A stretch of DNA of 64,000 bases from the NCBI RefSeq assembly GCF_006345805.1, contig NC_043013.1, forward strand, positions 47,926,001 through 47,990,000, in the 5' to 3' direction. The notes beneath the pieces were generated by a model that was not told where the DNA came from, ran no database searches, and saw nothing but the letters and a program-made list of their open reading frames with translations. The first letter of the stretch is position 1. Each line of letters begins with the position of its first letter. This document shows positions 12,860 to 25,800 of the stretch, one piece after another. This DNA comes from Octopus sinensis (lineage: Eukaryota). Position numbers and translations under genes: made by a program.

Positions 12860-13093
12860 TGGTAATAATGGAATTTTTTAGAAATTATTGTCGACCTGTT
12901 TTTGAGTAGCGTGCGTATTGTGAAAAATTATATGGTTATGGACAATGTGTCAAATTTCGGCATATTTGGCATTAGAAATTCTTTCGTTTGCCCTCAATTT
13001 ATAAGTTGTTTATAAATTTAACCTTTAAAGGTAATTTTTAATATGCTGGCCATTTATAATTATTTTTTTTGGAAAAAAAATTTTATCCTACGT

Positions 13094-13128
<35 letters not shown>

Positions 13129-13579
13129 GGAGAGAGAAAGAGATTCTACCAACGCAATAGATAAATCTTCTGTCGGTGTTAATTGATTGTAGCGAATGTG
13201 TTCGGGAAGGTATACCCATTCTTTTGAAAATGAACGACTATGATACTGGTGAAGAACGGGTGTTACGAAATCGACGGCGAATATTTTTATGAAATACAAA
13301 AGGAAGTAACCCGCGTAAAATATCACAGTTCTCTCACTTGCTGAGGCAGACGGACAGATTTTCATCGCATAAAGAATTGACAGGGTTCTTACAGTACCTG
13401 AAAAATTGCCTTGCGGCGGTTGTTTCGATTCTTGAACGTTCTAAGTTTAAATCTTTCCGAAGCGACCTATATCTTTCATTCCTTCGCGGTCGATAAACTA
13501 AAGCATCAAATATTGGGATCGATGATATTGACTACACCCCTCCCTCAACATTGCTGTGTTTGTGCGTAATATAAACAAT

Positions 13580-13728
13580 TCGACTGGACCTTTCACCCTT
13601 TCGGGGTCGATTAAATAGGTACCAGTTACGTAGAAGTGGCGATGTAATCGACAAGCCCAAAGTTTGAGGTCTTGTGCTTATAGTAGAAAAGATTATTATC
13701 AGTATTATTATTATTATTATTATTATTA

Positions 13729-13780
<52 letters not shown>
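13580..13780 (+). mobile_element. 5'-truncated SINE family B variant ending in an (ATT)n tail
   Basis: cctttcaccctttcggggtcgattaaataggtacc...cttgtgcttatagtagaaaagattatt followed by (ATT)n. Confidence 0.75.
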
Positions 13781-14344
13781 GAGTGAGAGAGCAGTACATG
13801 TCATCACAGTGACCCTGGGGTAAAATATACGAATCTCAGTATACCCATCATGACTACCCGTCTGATAAGGGTACACCAGGCACATGCATTATAACCATAT
13901 GTGTGCGACATTATAACCATATGTGTGCGATCTCATATCAAGATAAATAGCACATGACCTTGTAGGTGGGGCCCAATTAGAATTTTCTTCAGGTCGAATG
14001 GCTCATCCCACTCAAAATGTCCTTGAATAAGGGTTGTTTAAGAATGTTAAACGAAACACCCATGTTTCCAAAGGTGAATTATCCAAACCCCAAGGAATTG
14101 CTCCCAACACATGGCTATGATGCTCCCCCACTACTTCTAATCGTGATCAGAGATGCACATATAGTCAGCCACTAAGGAACATGCTCAACTGGTTATGGTC
14201 AAATAAGTTACAAGCAAATCTATGCTATTGAGCAGAATATTTGCGGTAGCCCATCTTTTATACCAACACAAAACAATGTACATGATAACACTTCCAATCA
14301 GTTAAGAGAAGCCATGACAGCGACTGCCTGGTACTGCATCAGAG

Positions 14345-14345
<1 letters not shown>
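13781..14345 (-). mobile_element. ~565-nt non-coding (AAT)n-associated retroposon, full-length copy
   Basis: Reverse complement homologous end-to-end to 21272-21818. Flanked on both sides by (ATT)n. Confidence 0.85.
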
Positions 14346-14395
<50 letters not shown>

Positions 14396-14425
14396 CATCA
14401 TCATCATTATTATTATTATTATTAC

Positions 14426-14501
<76 letters not shown>

Positions 14502-14504
14502 TAA

Positions 14505-14536
<32 letters not shown>

Positions 14537-14583
14537 CATCATCATTATTATTATTATTATTACTATTATTATTATTGTTGTTG

Positions 14584-14615
<32 letters not shown>

Positions 14616-15179
14616 GGTGGTTTTGATTTTGTTGTTGTTATCATTTTTTTATATTTGGTTTTTGCTTTGTATTTGTATAAGTTGACTCCAAGTCTCGCCG
14701 AGAGATCCCAAGAGACAACTATTAACGTTATTGCTGATTTTTAGATTTTGCCTTTCACCAAGTATAAGTGGAACAGCTTTTGTGGATACTTTTCAACAGA
14801 GAACATCCTACATAGGGTTGGATGTTTACTCCGTACAGGGGGAAAACATAAAATCTCTCCCAAAAAGAGCCCAAACAGAGCAACAGAGCCAGTATTATTA
14901 CAGTGCTCTGTTAGAACAAACCGTATTGCGGTAGATACCATGAAAGAAACTCTCATACTGACTTTTGATGCAAATTGCACTCTTGTTTATATCGAAAGCG
15001 GAGAGATAAATCTTCGCCAGCGCCACCGCCGAGACCACCCGGTCACGTGATTTCGACCTTCCTTGGTCTTGTCACTAGAGGCAGCAGCGACTCATCTCTC
15101 CGCCAGCGATATGTAGAGTAGCAGTGCCAAAACAGGAGGTGATGTCGCCTGCTTTGGTTTGTGTTAGAGATTTTTAACA

Positions 15180-15187
15180 GCATAGAT

Positions 15188-15232
<45 letters not shown>

Positions 15233-15452
15233 TGATAGATAGAGATAGATATATATATATAGATAGATAATAGATAGTAGATAGAGGGAGAGAGAGAGAG
15301 AGAGGGATGGTTAGATAGAGATATATAGATAGATTAGAGACATACATACATACATACATACATACATACATACATACATAAGTTTCTTTAGACCACACCG
15401 GGCTGCACACAGATGGACAAGTTACAAGGTAGAGCTTTTCTTTTGGGGAAAG

Positions 15453-15490
<38 letters not shown>

Positions 15491-15685
15491 TAGATAGATA
15501 GATAGTAGATAGAGAGATAGAGGGAGAGAGAGAAGGGAGAAGTGGTAGATAGAGATAGATAGATAGATAGATAGATACATACATACATACATACATACAT
15601 ACATACATACATAAGTTTCTTTATTGACCACACCGGGCTGCACACAGATGGGACAAGTTACAAGGTAGAGCTTTTCTTTTGGGGG

Positions 15686-15765
<80 letters not shown>

Positions 15766-15766
15766 A

Positions 15767-15813
<47 letters not shown>

Positions 15814-15846
15814 TAGATAGACAGACAGATAGATAGATAGATAGAT

Positions 15847-15881
<35 letters not shown>

Positions 15882-15900
15882 CAGTCTGACAGATGGACAG
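15180..15900. repeat. (GATA)n/(CATA)n/(GACA)n mosaic with a tandemly duplicated ~75-bp unique core
   Basis: Core aagtttcttta..gaccacaccgggctgcacacagatgg..gttacaaggtagagcttttcttttgggg at 15379-15455 and 15613-15688. Confidence 0.9.
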
Positions 15901-17399
15901 AGACAGAGAGAGAAAGAAAGGCAAAACAGCCATTTTTGCATTTATTAGTAATTCGTATTGGCTTCGCATGTGGTCACCGCAATGACAGTAGTAGTAGCAG
16001 TCTCAATGGTAAAAAAAATTGTACCTCAAATTATTTTCAAGCGTAAAAAAAAAATTAGCTTTTAAAAAATAAATGAATAAATGAAACTGACAATTTCCAA
16101 GCTTAAACAAAGTTGTTGAATGGAATATTCATAGAAGAATACCGCCGCAGGATTAATTTAAATGAACGTAACAGAACGGACAGCAATATTAATTCCAACA
16201 TCACCAGCAAAAGCATTCCATTTTTTGCAAGAGATGTGAATAAAAGCGAGCAGTTCTAGTTGGGCCAGTTCAGGGTATATGAGAAAGAATTGACGAATTA
16301 TGACAGAAAATTCAGTGCTTCCATACCCCAGTAATTTACTCAGGAAGGAACGAAAATGAAATTGAGATATCTCTGCTCTTTAAGCTATGGGGGAGCTTTA
16401 TATGCCCTTGAAAGAGAATCTGGAAGAAACTCTGGCCGATATGTGATAGATTGTGCGCTTATTTTACCGGGAAAGGGTCGATAGAAGTGCGTGATTGGGT
16501 TGTTGTCTGTAAGTCAGGTAAGGAGCCGAGTAAAATTAGTGTGCTACATGTCGTCTGCCCACAAGATTAGTGCCAGATTATGTGTCTCTCAGGAGTATGA
16601 GGGCCACGACCGGAAATATTGATATAGACATTGAGTTTTCGTTTCTCATCACTCTTTGAAGCGGAACGGACATGAGATGAGCGCGGTGAGAAGCACTAAG
16701 ATACTTTGAAGTAGGGTGAGATTTCTGTTCAGCTCAACGCCCGCTGAATCTTCTTGATCAAATTGAAGGATCAGAGAGAGGATGCAGAGCCAAATACCAC
16801 TTGATACACTTTCAATAATAAGGTCCATTTGAAGTCTTTCTGGCGAGAGAAAGCAGTAAAAAGAAGTTATAAACAGCAGAAATAGCAGTGACAACTACAA
16901 CAGGTGTTCAAGGTGAATAAACGGTAACTGTTACTGCTGTTTATGGAGCCTGCTTTCTGCAGATCCGTGGACAGAATGCCTCATTCTCCGTGCAACCTGT
17001 TTAAAGTCGCCACCTGGAACAGAAAATCCCAGAGACAATGCGATCATTCTCGTACCATGTGGCAGTGCAGATTTGGAGATTGGAACATGGTGGAGTACGA
17101 AGAATAAGAAAAGAAAGATTAAAGGATTAAAAGAAAAATTACGTGATCCTAAACGAAGGTAAGCAAAATGCTAGAAGTCCTACCCGAAAACACGCTCAAT
17201 CCTGCAGACTGTATTTGGTGATTTGAACGGATAATCATGGCCTATTTCATTTAACGAAGTGCGTAAAAAAAAATGCACCCAATTTTAGATGATCAAACGG
17301 ACAGTGGTCATATTTATGTGGTACCCTCGTTTTTGACCATGGCTTGCTTATATTGCATTTCACATTTAACCTGTATTACACTTTTTAGATTTTTAATAC

Positions 17400-17968
17400 C
17401 TTTTCATTATAGATATGAATATATATATATGTATATGTACACGTGCACGCACACGCACAACAGTTTTGTAGTGCCCCCACTCCTTTCAATAACAAGTTTT
17501 GTATTGTATATATGCGCCCATGTGAATATTGAAGAAAGGATTATTATAATTAGTAGTAGTAGTAGTAGTAGTAGTGGTAGTAGTAGTAGTAGTGGTAGTA
17601 GTAGTGGTAGTAGTAGTAGTAGTAGTAGTGTCTTCTTGGTCTTTTTCTTCATCGCTGTTTTGTTTCTTGCTGCTTTCAATTTGAGAGGTTTTAATAAATC
17701 TTATATCTTAGTATATGATTGCATCCCCACTCAAATAAATATTTTGAGGTATATACACACATACACAGACATACGCATACATGTATAGTGACAGAGACCG
17801 ACAATGAGAGAGAGACACACACACACACACATACATATATGCATATATGCATGCGTGTATGTGTGTGTGTGTGTGTGTGTAAATGTATATTTATTTAAGT
17901 ACACAGATAGACACATACATATATACACAGAAGGTATGTAGATATATATATATATGTACGGGGTATAT

Positions 17969-18008
<40 letters not shown>

Positions 18009-18053
18009 GCATTTTATATATGTATATATATGTGTGTTTATATTATATATATA

Positions 18054-18101
<48 letters not shown>

Positions 18102-19089
18102 ATATATATATATATATATATGTATATATAATGTAATATAGATATAGATATATGTGTATATAATGAATACTTGTTCTAAGCAAACAACAAACATTCTAAT
18201 CTAGTGAAGAGAGACAAGCTTGGCATTGCCATAAATGGACTCAAATTAAGACTATTTTTTTCCCCACAACGTATTAATAAGAATTCTGAATTGATTTTCT
18301 TGCTGTAATTAACTTATACGATTTTCCTTCTTCTCTAACCTAAATAAGCAATTCAATCTATGGAGATACGGCGAGAGAATTTGCAAACCGTTTCTCAGTC
18401 ATTCATATCACATGTTCTATATTTCTTTCTCTTTTTCGTCTCTCTCTCTCTCTCTTCTCTCTTCCTTTCACTCTTTCATTCGCGCCTTTTCTTTGGTTGC
18501 TCCTTCTCTATTTTCTCTCTCCCACTTTCCTTTTCCACCATATTTATCATTTTTTATATATTTATTTATTATTTTTTTTTTTTTTTTTACATTTCACATT
18601 TTTTTTATGCATGCATTTAATTTTCTCGCATCTCGGCTCATAATATTTTCTAATTAATGATCTGCCCTTAAACATAACAACAAATGAGTTGGTCGGAGAA
18701 TACATCCGTACACACTCTCACACACATACATGTACACATATATTCACTTGCATACACACATACACATCATACATATGCATTTTCACTCACACACACACAC
18801 ACATACACACATACAGGTAGATATATGTGATAAGCTATATATATATATATGTATATATATGCATGTATAATTATGTGTGCATTTTAATATATTGTATAAA
18901 TGTATATATATATAGATAGATGCATGTATGTATGTATGTATGTATATGCACTCAAATGCATGTGTAAGAGTGCGCATACATATCTGTAGAGAGAAAGGTA
19001 GAAAGATAGACAGATGCACAAGCACACATACAAGCACATATATATATATGTTTAAATATATATACATACGTATACATATATGTGGGTGG

Positions 19090-19128
<39 letters not shown>

Positions 19129-19149
19129 TACATGCAAATATGTGATTAC

Positions 19150-19189
<40 letters not shown>

Positions 19190-19512
19190 ATGTGTGTGTG
19201 TATAAACGTACGTTAACTTTTATATACATTACAACATAAGATCTATATTTTATATGTGGGCAACATATTATCTAATTGTGATATATCAATATATGATATT
19301 GTGTGTCGTTACATATGTGGTAGAAGTACTTGAGGTAAACTACATATAACATGCGTGTACACATTATATACATACAAATATGAACGAGCATATAGAATAA
19401 TTGCGTGTATATATATATATCATATATAAACACACATATATACATATATATATAATATATACTTATATAGTATGTGAGTATATGTAGATATGTATATTTA
19501 TATATATGTATA

Positions 19513-19583
<71 letters not shown>

Positions 19584-19637
19584 ATATATATGTTTGCGCG
19601 TGCAAGTATGCGTGTATGTGTGTAGATACATATGTAC

Positions 19638-19668
<31 letters not shown>

Positions 19669-19760
19669 TGTATGTATGTATGTATGTATGTATGTATGTA
19701 TACACACAATTATTTTATATGCACGTTCATATTTGTATATATATATATATATATGTATAA
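17400..19760. repeat. Compound microsatellite region (TA, CA/TG, TAG, TATG)
   Basis: Directly visible. Confidence 0.9.
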
Positions 19761-20521
19761 AGTGTATATGCATGTTGCATGTAGTTTAACTTTAAGTACT
19801 CCTACCAATCTTCACCCATCTTTTACTTTTTGAAAATGATAATCCAATCGAGAATATTAGTGCTTAATAATTAAGTATGTAGGACATTAATTTCAAGAGA
19901 GTATTTATCAAAAATACACAAGAATAAAACATGGAATTTAACTCATCTCTAATATTCACATTTTTTTTCTATTTGACATTGATGGAAAGGCTGCACATGA
20001 GAGAATGTTTATATTGAATATTCAGCTTCTACTGGATGAAATGCCAGTTTCAAGAGGAAAAACTTTACCTTTACTCGGATGCAATCAGTTTTACCCCCGC
20101 CGGGTAAAACGTCTCCGAAAAGCCTGTATTTTATCGATTTAGAAATTAGAGATAAAGGCATTGAGCGGATATAAAATCATCTATTTATGTAGAATTTTAG
20201 TTGAATATCTGTTGAAAATTTTACTAATTTTATATTGTTTCTTCAACATTATTGCGTATAACTTACCGTGTAAGAATATTGAAGGGAGAGAAGAGTGAAA
20301 ATAAAGTAAATAATTCTCCTAGCATACATTTCCAGAATAGCTGATATCAAAGTTGTAGCCAGCATTCAGTAGTGAGGGATAAGCCATCCTCACATCATTT
20401 ATATTTAGGAAAAAACAAGGGCAACATAAATACATTAGGAATGTGGGTACAGTTAATTAGGCTTTAGTCAATAGTGCATGTTTGAATGTATGCCTGCGAA
20501 TACACATACACACACACACAA

Positions 20522-20557
<36 letters not shown>

Positions 20558-20634
20558 GCAAATATGTGTGGCGGGGGTATGCGTGTGTCTGTGTGGTTAT
20601 ATGTGTAAGTGTGCATATCAGTGCATCCTTGATT

Positions 20635-20940
20635 GAATGGAATTCTTAGAGGTTTGGATAATTCACCTTTGGAAACATGGACGGATCGTTCAACATCCTT
20701 AAGCAATCATTCAGGGACCTTTTGAGTGGGATAGGCTACTCGACCAGAAGAAAATTCTAACTGGGCCCCACCTGCATGGTCATGCGCTGTTTATCTTGAT
20801 ATGAGATCTCCATGTCGCGCACATATGGTTGTGATGCATGTGCCTACTGTACCCTTATCAGACGGGTAGTCATGACGGGTATACTGGGCTTCGTATATTT
20901 TACCCCAGTGTCACTTGATGGCATGCACTGCTCTCTCTTC
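20635..20940 (+). mobile_element. 5'-truncated copy of the (AAT)n-associated retroposon
   Basis: Matches the 3' half of 21272-21818 and ends at the same ctctc(a/t)(c/t)tc terminus followed by (AAT)n. Confidence 0.85.
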
Positions 20941-20966
20941 AATGATAATAATAATAAAATAATAAT

Positions 20967-20997
<31 letters not shown>

Positions 20998-21008
20998 TAG
21001 TAATAATA

Positions 21009-21043
<35 letters not shown>

Positions 21044-21065
21044 TAATAATAATAATAATAATAAT

Positions 21066-21143
21066 AGTAGTCATGACGGGTATACTGGGGCTTCTTATTT
21101 TACCCCAGTGTCACTTTGATGGCATGCACTGCTCTTCTCATTC
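21066..21143 (+). mobile_element. Short 3'-end copy of the (AAT)n-associated retroposon
   Basis: agtcatgacgggtatactggg...gcactgctcttctcattc followed by (AAT)n. Confidence 0.7.
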
Positions 21144-21168
21144 AATGATAATAATAATAATAATAATA

Positions 21169-21215
<47 letters not shown>

Positions 21216-21233
21216 GTAATAATAATAATAATA

Positions 21234-21271
<38 letters not shown>

Positions 21272-21818
21272 GCCCTGATGCAGTACCAGGCAGTGGCTCT
21301 CATGGCTTCTGATCTTAACTGATTGGAAGTGTTATCATGTACATTGTTTTGTCTTGGTATAAAAGATGGGCTACAGCAAATATTCTGCTCAATACCACAG
21401 ATTTGCTTGTCAGTTGTTTGACCTTAACAGTTGAAACATGTCCCTTAGTGGCTGACGATATGTGCATCTCTGTCACGAGCAGAAGTAGTGGGGGAGCATC
21501 ATAGCCATGTGTTGAGAGGGATTCTTTGGGGTTTGAATAATTCACCTCTGGAAACATGGGTGGTTCTTTCAACATCCTTAACAAACCCTTATTCAGGGAC
21601 CGTTTGAGCGGGATGGGTTACTCAACCTGAAGAAAATTCTAACTGGGCCCCACCTGCAAGGTCATGTGCTGTTTATCTTGATATAGATCACCATGTCGCG
21701 CACATATGGCTGTGATGCATGTGCCTGGTGTACCTTTCAGACGGGTAGTCATGATGGTATATGGCTTCGTATATTTTACCCCAGTGTCACTTTGATGGCA
21801 TGAACTGCTCTCTCACTC
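21272..21818 (+). mobile_element. Full-length (AAT)n-associated retroposon
   Basis: (AAT)n-gccctgatgcagtaccaggcag...ctgctctctcactc-(AAT)n. Confidence 0.85.
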
Positions 21819-22875
21819 AATAATAATAATAATAATAATAAAAAGACTTCGATATTAGATACATAGAGGATTATTTATATATGTTAAAATTTAAAACAAA
21901 CAGTAAAAAGTTGTCGTTATTGTACTCGGAGTTTCGAAAGTTGGAACGAAGGAAGTATTTTATAATGTTAATTCATTAACATTTATTCTCAGCAAAACTG
22001 CCTTACACGTTACATTTATGTATTAGATATGCATTATTATAAAATTCTTCCTCACTGATGATTGTAAATGTTACACATGAAACTTCGATATCTCAAAGTT
22101 TAGAATTTTGTGTTTGTTTCACTGTTTCACATATATTTAGATGCATATGCATTTTAAATTAATAGTCTCGGGATATCGATCACTATCGTGACATAAATCT
22201 CGGATATTATGATATATTTTACTCACATACGCACACACACATACTCAAAGTTTCTATGAGTACGTGTGTGAATGTGTGTGTGTGCGTAGTGCGTGTGTGT
22301 AAGAGAGAGAGAGAGTGTGTGTGTGTGTGTGTATGAGTGTTTGTGTGAGTGTATGCGTATATATATTTTTCCGGTTACTTTTATATATTTTAACATTTAT
22401 TTTTCTCTCGTTTCTACTTTGACATTTCACAGATCCATTTCATAGGTTAGATAACTTACGTTTTAAAGGATTAATTTTTACATATTTATTTAATTATATA
22501 TTTATTAGCAGCATCATTATGTTTTCTTTAATGCTATATATTACTGAAAAAGTCATTGACCTATTGAATATGTAACACCTGAAGTAAAGCTGTAAGTCAT
22601 CAAGATTTTTATTCAGAGATCACCCAACATTCTAGGCAATGCCTGTGCATGCGTCACAGTTCACATTATACTGGAAATTCTTTGGACAACAATTATCTGT
22701 CTATTTTCTTTTTCTCATTTTGGCAGGATTTGATAGCATTTTAATGAAGTAAAAATCTACATATCCTTTCTAAGAATGATACAAACCTATAAATATATTG
22801 TTTGTGATTATTCTGTCCTGATTATGGTTTAGTACGAGTCAATATTCAAGAAATGTCAAGGATTATTAAATATAT

Positions 22876-23097
22876 ACTCTTTTACTCTTTTACTTGTTTC
22901 AGTCATTTGACTGCGGCCATGCTGGTGCACGGCCTTTAATCGAGCAACTCAACCCCGGGGACTTATTCTTTGTAAGCCCAGTACTTATTCTATCGGTTCT
23001 TTTTTGCCGACCGCAAAGTGACGGGGACGTAACACACCAACATCAGTTGTCAAGCAATGCTGGGGGACAACACAGACACCCAGACACACCCACACAC

Positions 23098-23129
<32 letters not shown>

Positions 23130-23156
23130 ATATAATATATATATATATATATATAC

Positions 23157-23203
<47 letters not shown>

Positions 23204-23374
23204 CATATATACGACAGGCTTCTTTCATTTTCCGTCTACCAAATCCACTCACAAGGCATTGGTCGGCCCGGGGCTATAGCAGAAGACACTTGCCCAAGAT
23301 GCCACGCAGTGGGACTGAACCCGGAACCATGTGGTTGGTTAGCGAGCTACTTACCACACAGCCACTCCTGCGCC
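22876..23374 (-). mobile_element. Full-length SINE family A
   Basis: Tail, central domain and head (ccactcctgcgcc) are all present. Confidence 0.9.
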
Positions 23375-24010
23375 TATACGAAAATATATACGAAAGTTAA
23401 GTGCATTATATTACGGAGATGTATTTGCATAGCAAGTGACCTGATCTGAGATCGTGTGCTGAAACAAAAACAATTGCAGCGTAGAATGTATTTATAAGCC
23501 ATTTAAAAACACACTAAAATTCCATGCTGATGTAGCACAGAATTTTGTCAGTGAACAGGTCGCAGCCTCAAAGCGACGAAAATATTTTGACAAATTAAAT
23601 TTAAACGTTGAAGTAAATCTAACGATTTTTGTAATTACAATATATTTATATAAAAATATATGTTGACTATATATATATAGTCTCGCTCTGGGAAAAGAGA
23701 ACCTCGGTCTCAAAGTTAGGGATTGTCCGACTAGATTCGATTTCCTTAAAGACCATCAGTATTGCTTACATCACCTTTTATAAACGGCCGTAATGGTACT
23801 GTTGATACGAAATGTTTAATATTCGATGCGAAACCACATTTATATTACTTGAACGACCATCACTCTATTTGTTAAACAAGAGATCGGTTTCGATAGCATT
23901 AGCTCGTTAATGATCTGTTCTGATTTTAGCTTTACTTACAATTAATTTAACTATAACAGTACAAAATCCAAATTTATTAGATGATAATAACACTAGGAAA
24001 CCCATATTAC

Positions 24011-24047
<37 letters not shown>

Positions 24048-24182
24048 TAATAATAATAATAGGAAGAAGAAGAAGAAGAAGAGAAGAAGAAGATAAATAA
24101 AGAGAAGAAGAGAAGAAAGAAGAAGAAGAAGAAGAAGAAGAAGAAGAAGAAGAAGAAGAAGAAGAAGAAGAAGAAGAATAAT

Positions 24183-24432
24183 CCTATCATTGTAGGCGCA
24201 TTAGGTATGATAAAAAAATATTCAGACAAATACATAACAAAAGCACCAGGACTTACAAATATATATAACAAACAGAAAATTACACTACTGGGCACTGCAC
24301 ACATCCTACGCAAAACACTTTCAATACAGTAACCATCAGAGCATCACAACAAATCACAGCACATACCCGAGGCACACAGAGCTGCGCTCGGTAGTGAAGT
24401 GAAAGCACGCTATAAAAATAAAACTACTGAAT
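24183..24432 (+). mobile_element. 3' end of an R4/Dong-like non-LTR retrotransposon in (TAA)n
   Basis: Translates as PIIVGALGMIKKYSDKYITKAPGLTNIYNKQKITLLGTAHILRKTLSIQ* (stop 24330-32), like the C-terminus of the restriction-like endonuclease domain. A short UTR and (TAA)n follow. Confidence 0.7.
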
Positions 24433-24448
24433 GATAATAATAATAATA

Positions 24449-24521
<73 letters not shown>

Positions 24522-24530
24522 TTGTGTTAG

Positions 24531-24680
24531 AATAATAGGCACTGCACACATCGTACGTAAAGCACTTTCGATACAGTGAAAATAACACCAAAACAAACCA
24601 CAATACATTCCCAAGGGATAGAAATGCACTCGGTAGTGCAGTGAGACCACGTGATAAAAATAAGATTATTGAATAATAAT
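24531..24680 (+). mobile_element. Second, shorter R4/Dong-like 3' end
   Basis: IIGTAHIVRKALSIQ* (stop 24577-79), with a UTR homologous to the first copy and (TAA)-like ends. Confidence 0.65.
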
Positions 24681-24745
24681 AGTCCTTTCTACTATAAACA
24701 CGAGACCTAAAATTTAATAATAGTAATAATTGTTTCTACTATAGC

Positions 24746-25620
24746 ACTGGTTCCTAAACTTTTTCGAACTCCCCTACCCTATCCTCAACCGAGTGCCGAT
24801 ACCCAGACCACATTCCTAGCGCACCCACCCACACACATCACCACAAAAACACAGGCCTCTTTCTGCTGCAAATTCAAAACAACTTATATTTCACAAATAA
24901 AACTTAATCTAGTTGACCCTTTAGCCCGTTATTTTGTTGCTTTTATAATATGAGAGTAAATTTTCTTCTGTAACTGCGTTGTTTTCATATCATTAATTCA
25001 TGTGAATGTATTCTGTGCAATATCAGCTTCTCAACGTTTGGCTGAACGTTACTAAGAAGTAGTCTTAAAACCCCTGTATTCAATAATTTTCAGTCTGTTT
25101 CTCTGCATAGAAAGAAGCTGGGCGACTGTGCTGATTTTTTAAACTTTGGCCTCAACTCAATGTCATTTTTAAGTGAAACCAATTCTTCGACTATTCTGGT
25201 TTTCTCATTACTGATATCCAGGTACCACACAAACAGGTATTTCAATCAAAAATCAATATCCTGAAATCTATCAGACATGTCTCTGTGCAGCTCATCCAGG
25301 TGTGAACAATACACCTGAGTGTCATCTTCTGGTTTGCACTTTTCCTTCTCCGATTCAGAGAGGTTCGAAAACTGGAGAAACTTGCGATGCCTTATGTTAC
25401 ATTTGAATAACCGTAACTCGGACTGAAATGTGAAGAGGGCTGGTTTTACTTTGATAAGGCTTAACCTCATTTCCTTGCAGCTGCAAATTAACTTCAATGG
25501 ATTTTTGAATATATAATTTCCACATAAGCAATGACACGCTTGATGTTTCATAGCGTTTTTCCGATGGCCGGATAACTGAAGAGATGGCGGCGTGGATTTC
25601 CACCTCGGCATCCGAAACTC
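24746..25620 (-). mobile_element. hAT (Charlie/Buster-like) transposase C-terminal remnant with a terminal repeat
   Basis: NLQLQGNE, KVKPALFTFQSELRLFKCNI, QVYCSHLDELHRDMSDRFQD and EELVSLKNDIELRPKFKK. cactggttcctaaactttt at 24746 resembles a Charlie-type CAGTGGTTCCCAAACT TIR. Confidence 0.75.
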
Positions 25621-25759
25621 AGAGTTTTATCTTGGGTACCGAATAATTGTCACATATTACATTTACAGATAAATTCCTCTATTTACATAATATCGAGGTC
25701 TCTTTCTTTCTTTTGTTATCTTACCGTTTTTTTATCAATATACATACATACATATATAT

Positions 25760-25790
<31 letters not shown>

Positions 25791-25800
25791 ATATATATAT

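Noticed and set aside
13240-13285. Hammerhead-like CUGGUGA...GAAA motif (similar weak ones at ~284-312 minus, ~22054-22090 and ~28345-28375 minus)
   Set aside because: Core or cleavage-site nucleotides are mutated and the stems are incomplete, so these cannot be supported individually.
15379-15430. Micro-exon (tttag/ACCACACC...ACAAG/gtagag)
   Set aside because: The acceptor is not conserved in the duplicate copy and there are no neighbouring exons or reading-frame support.
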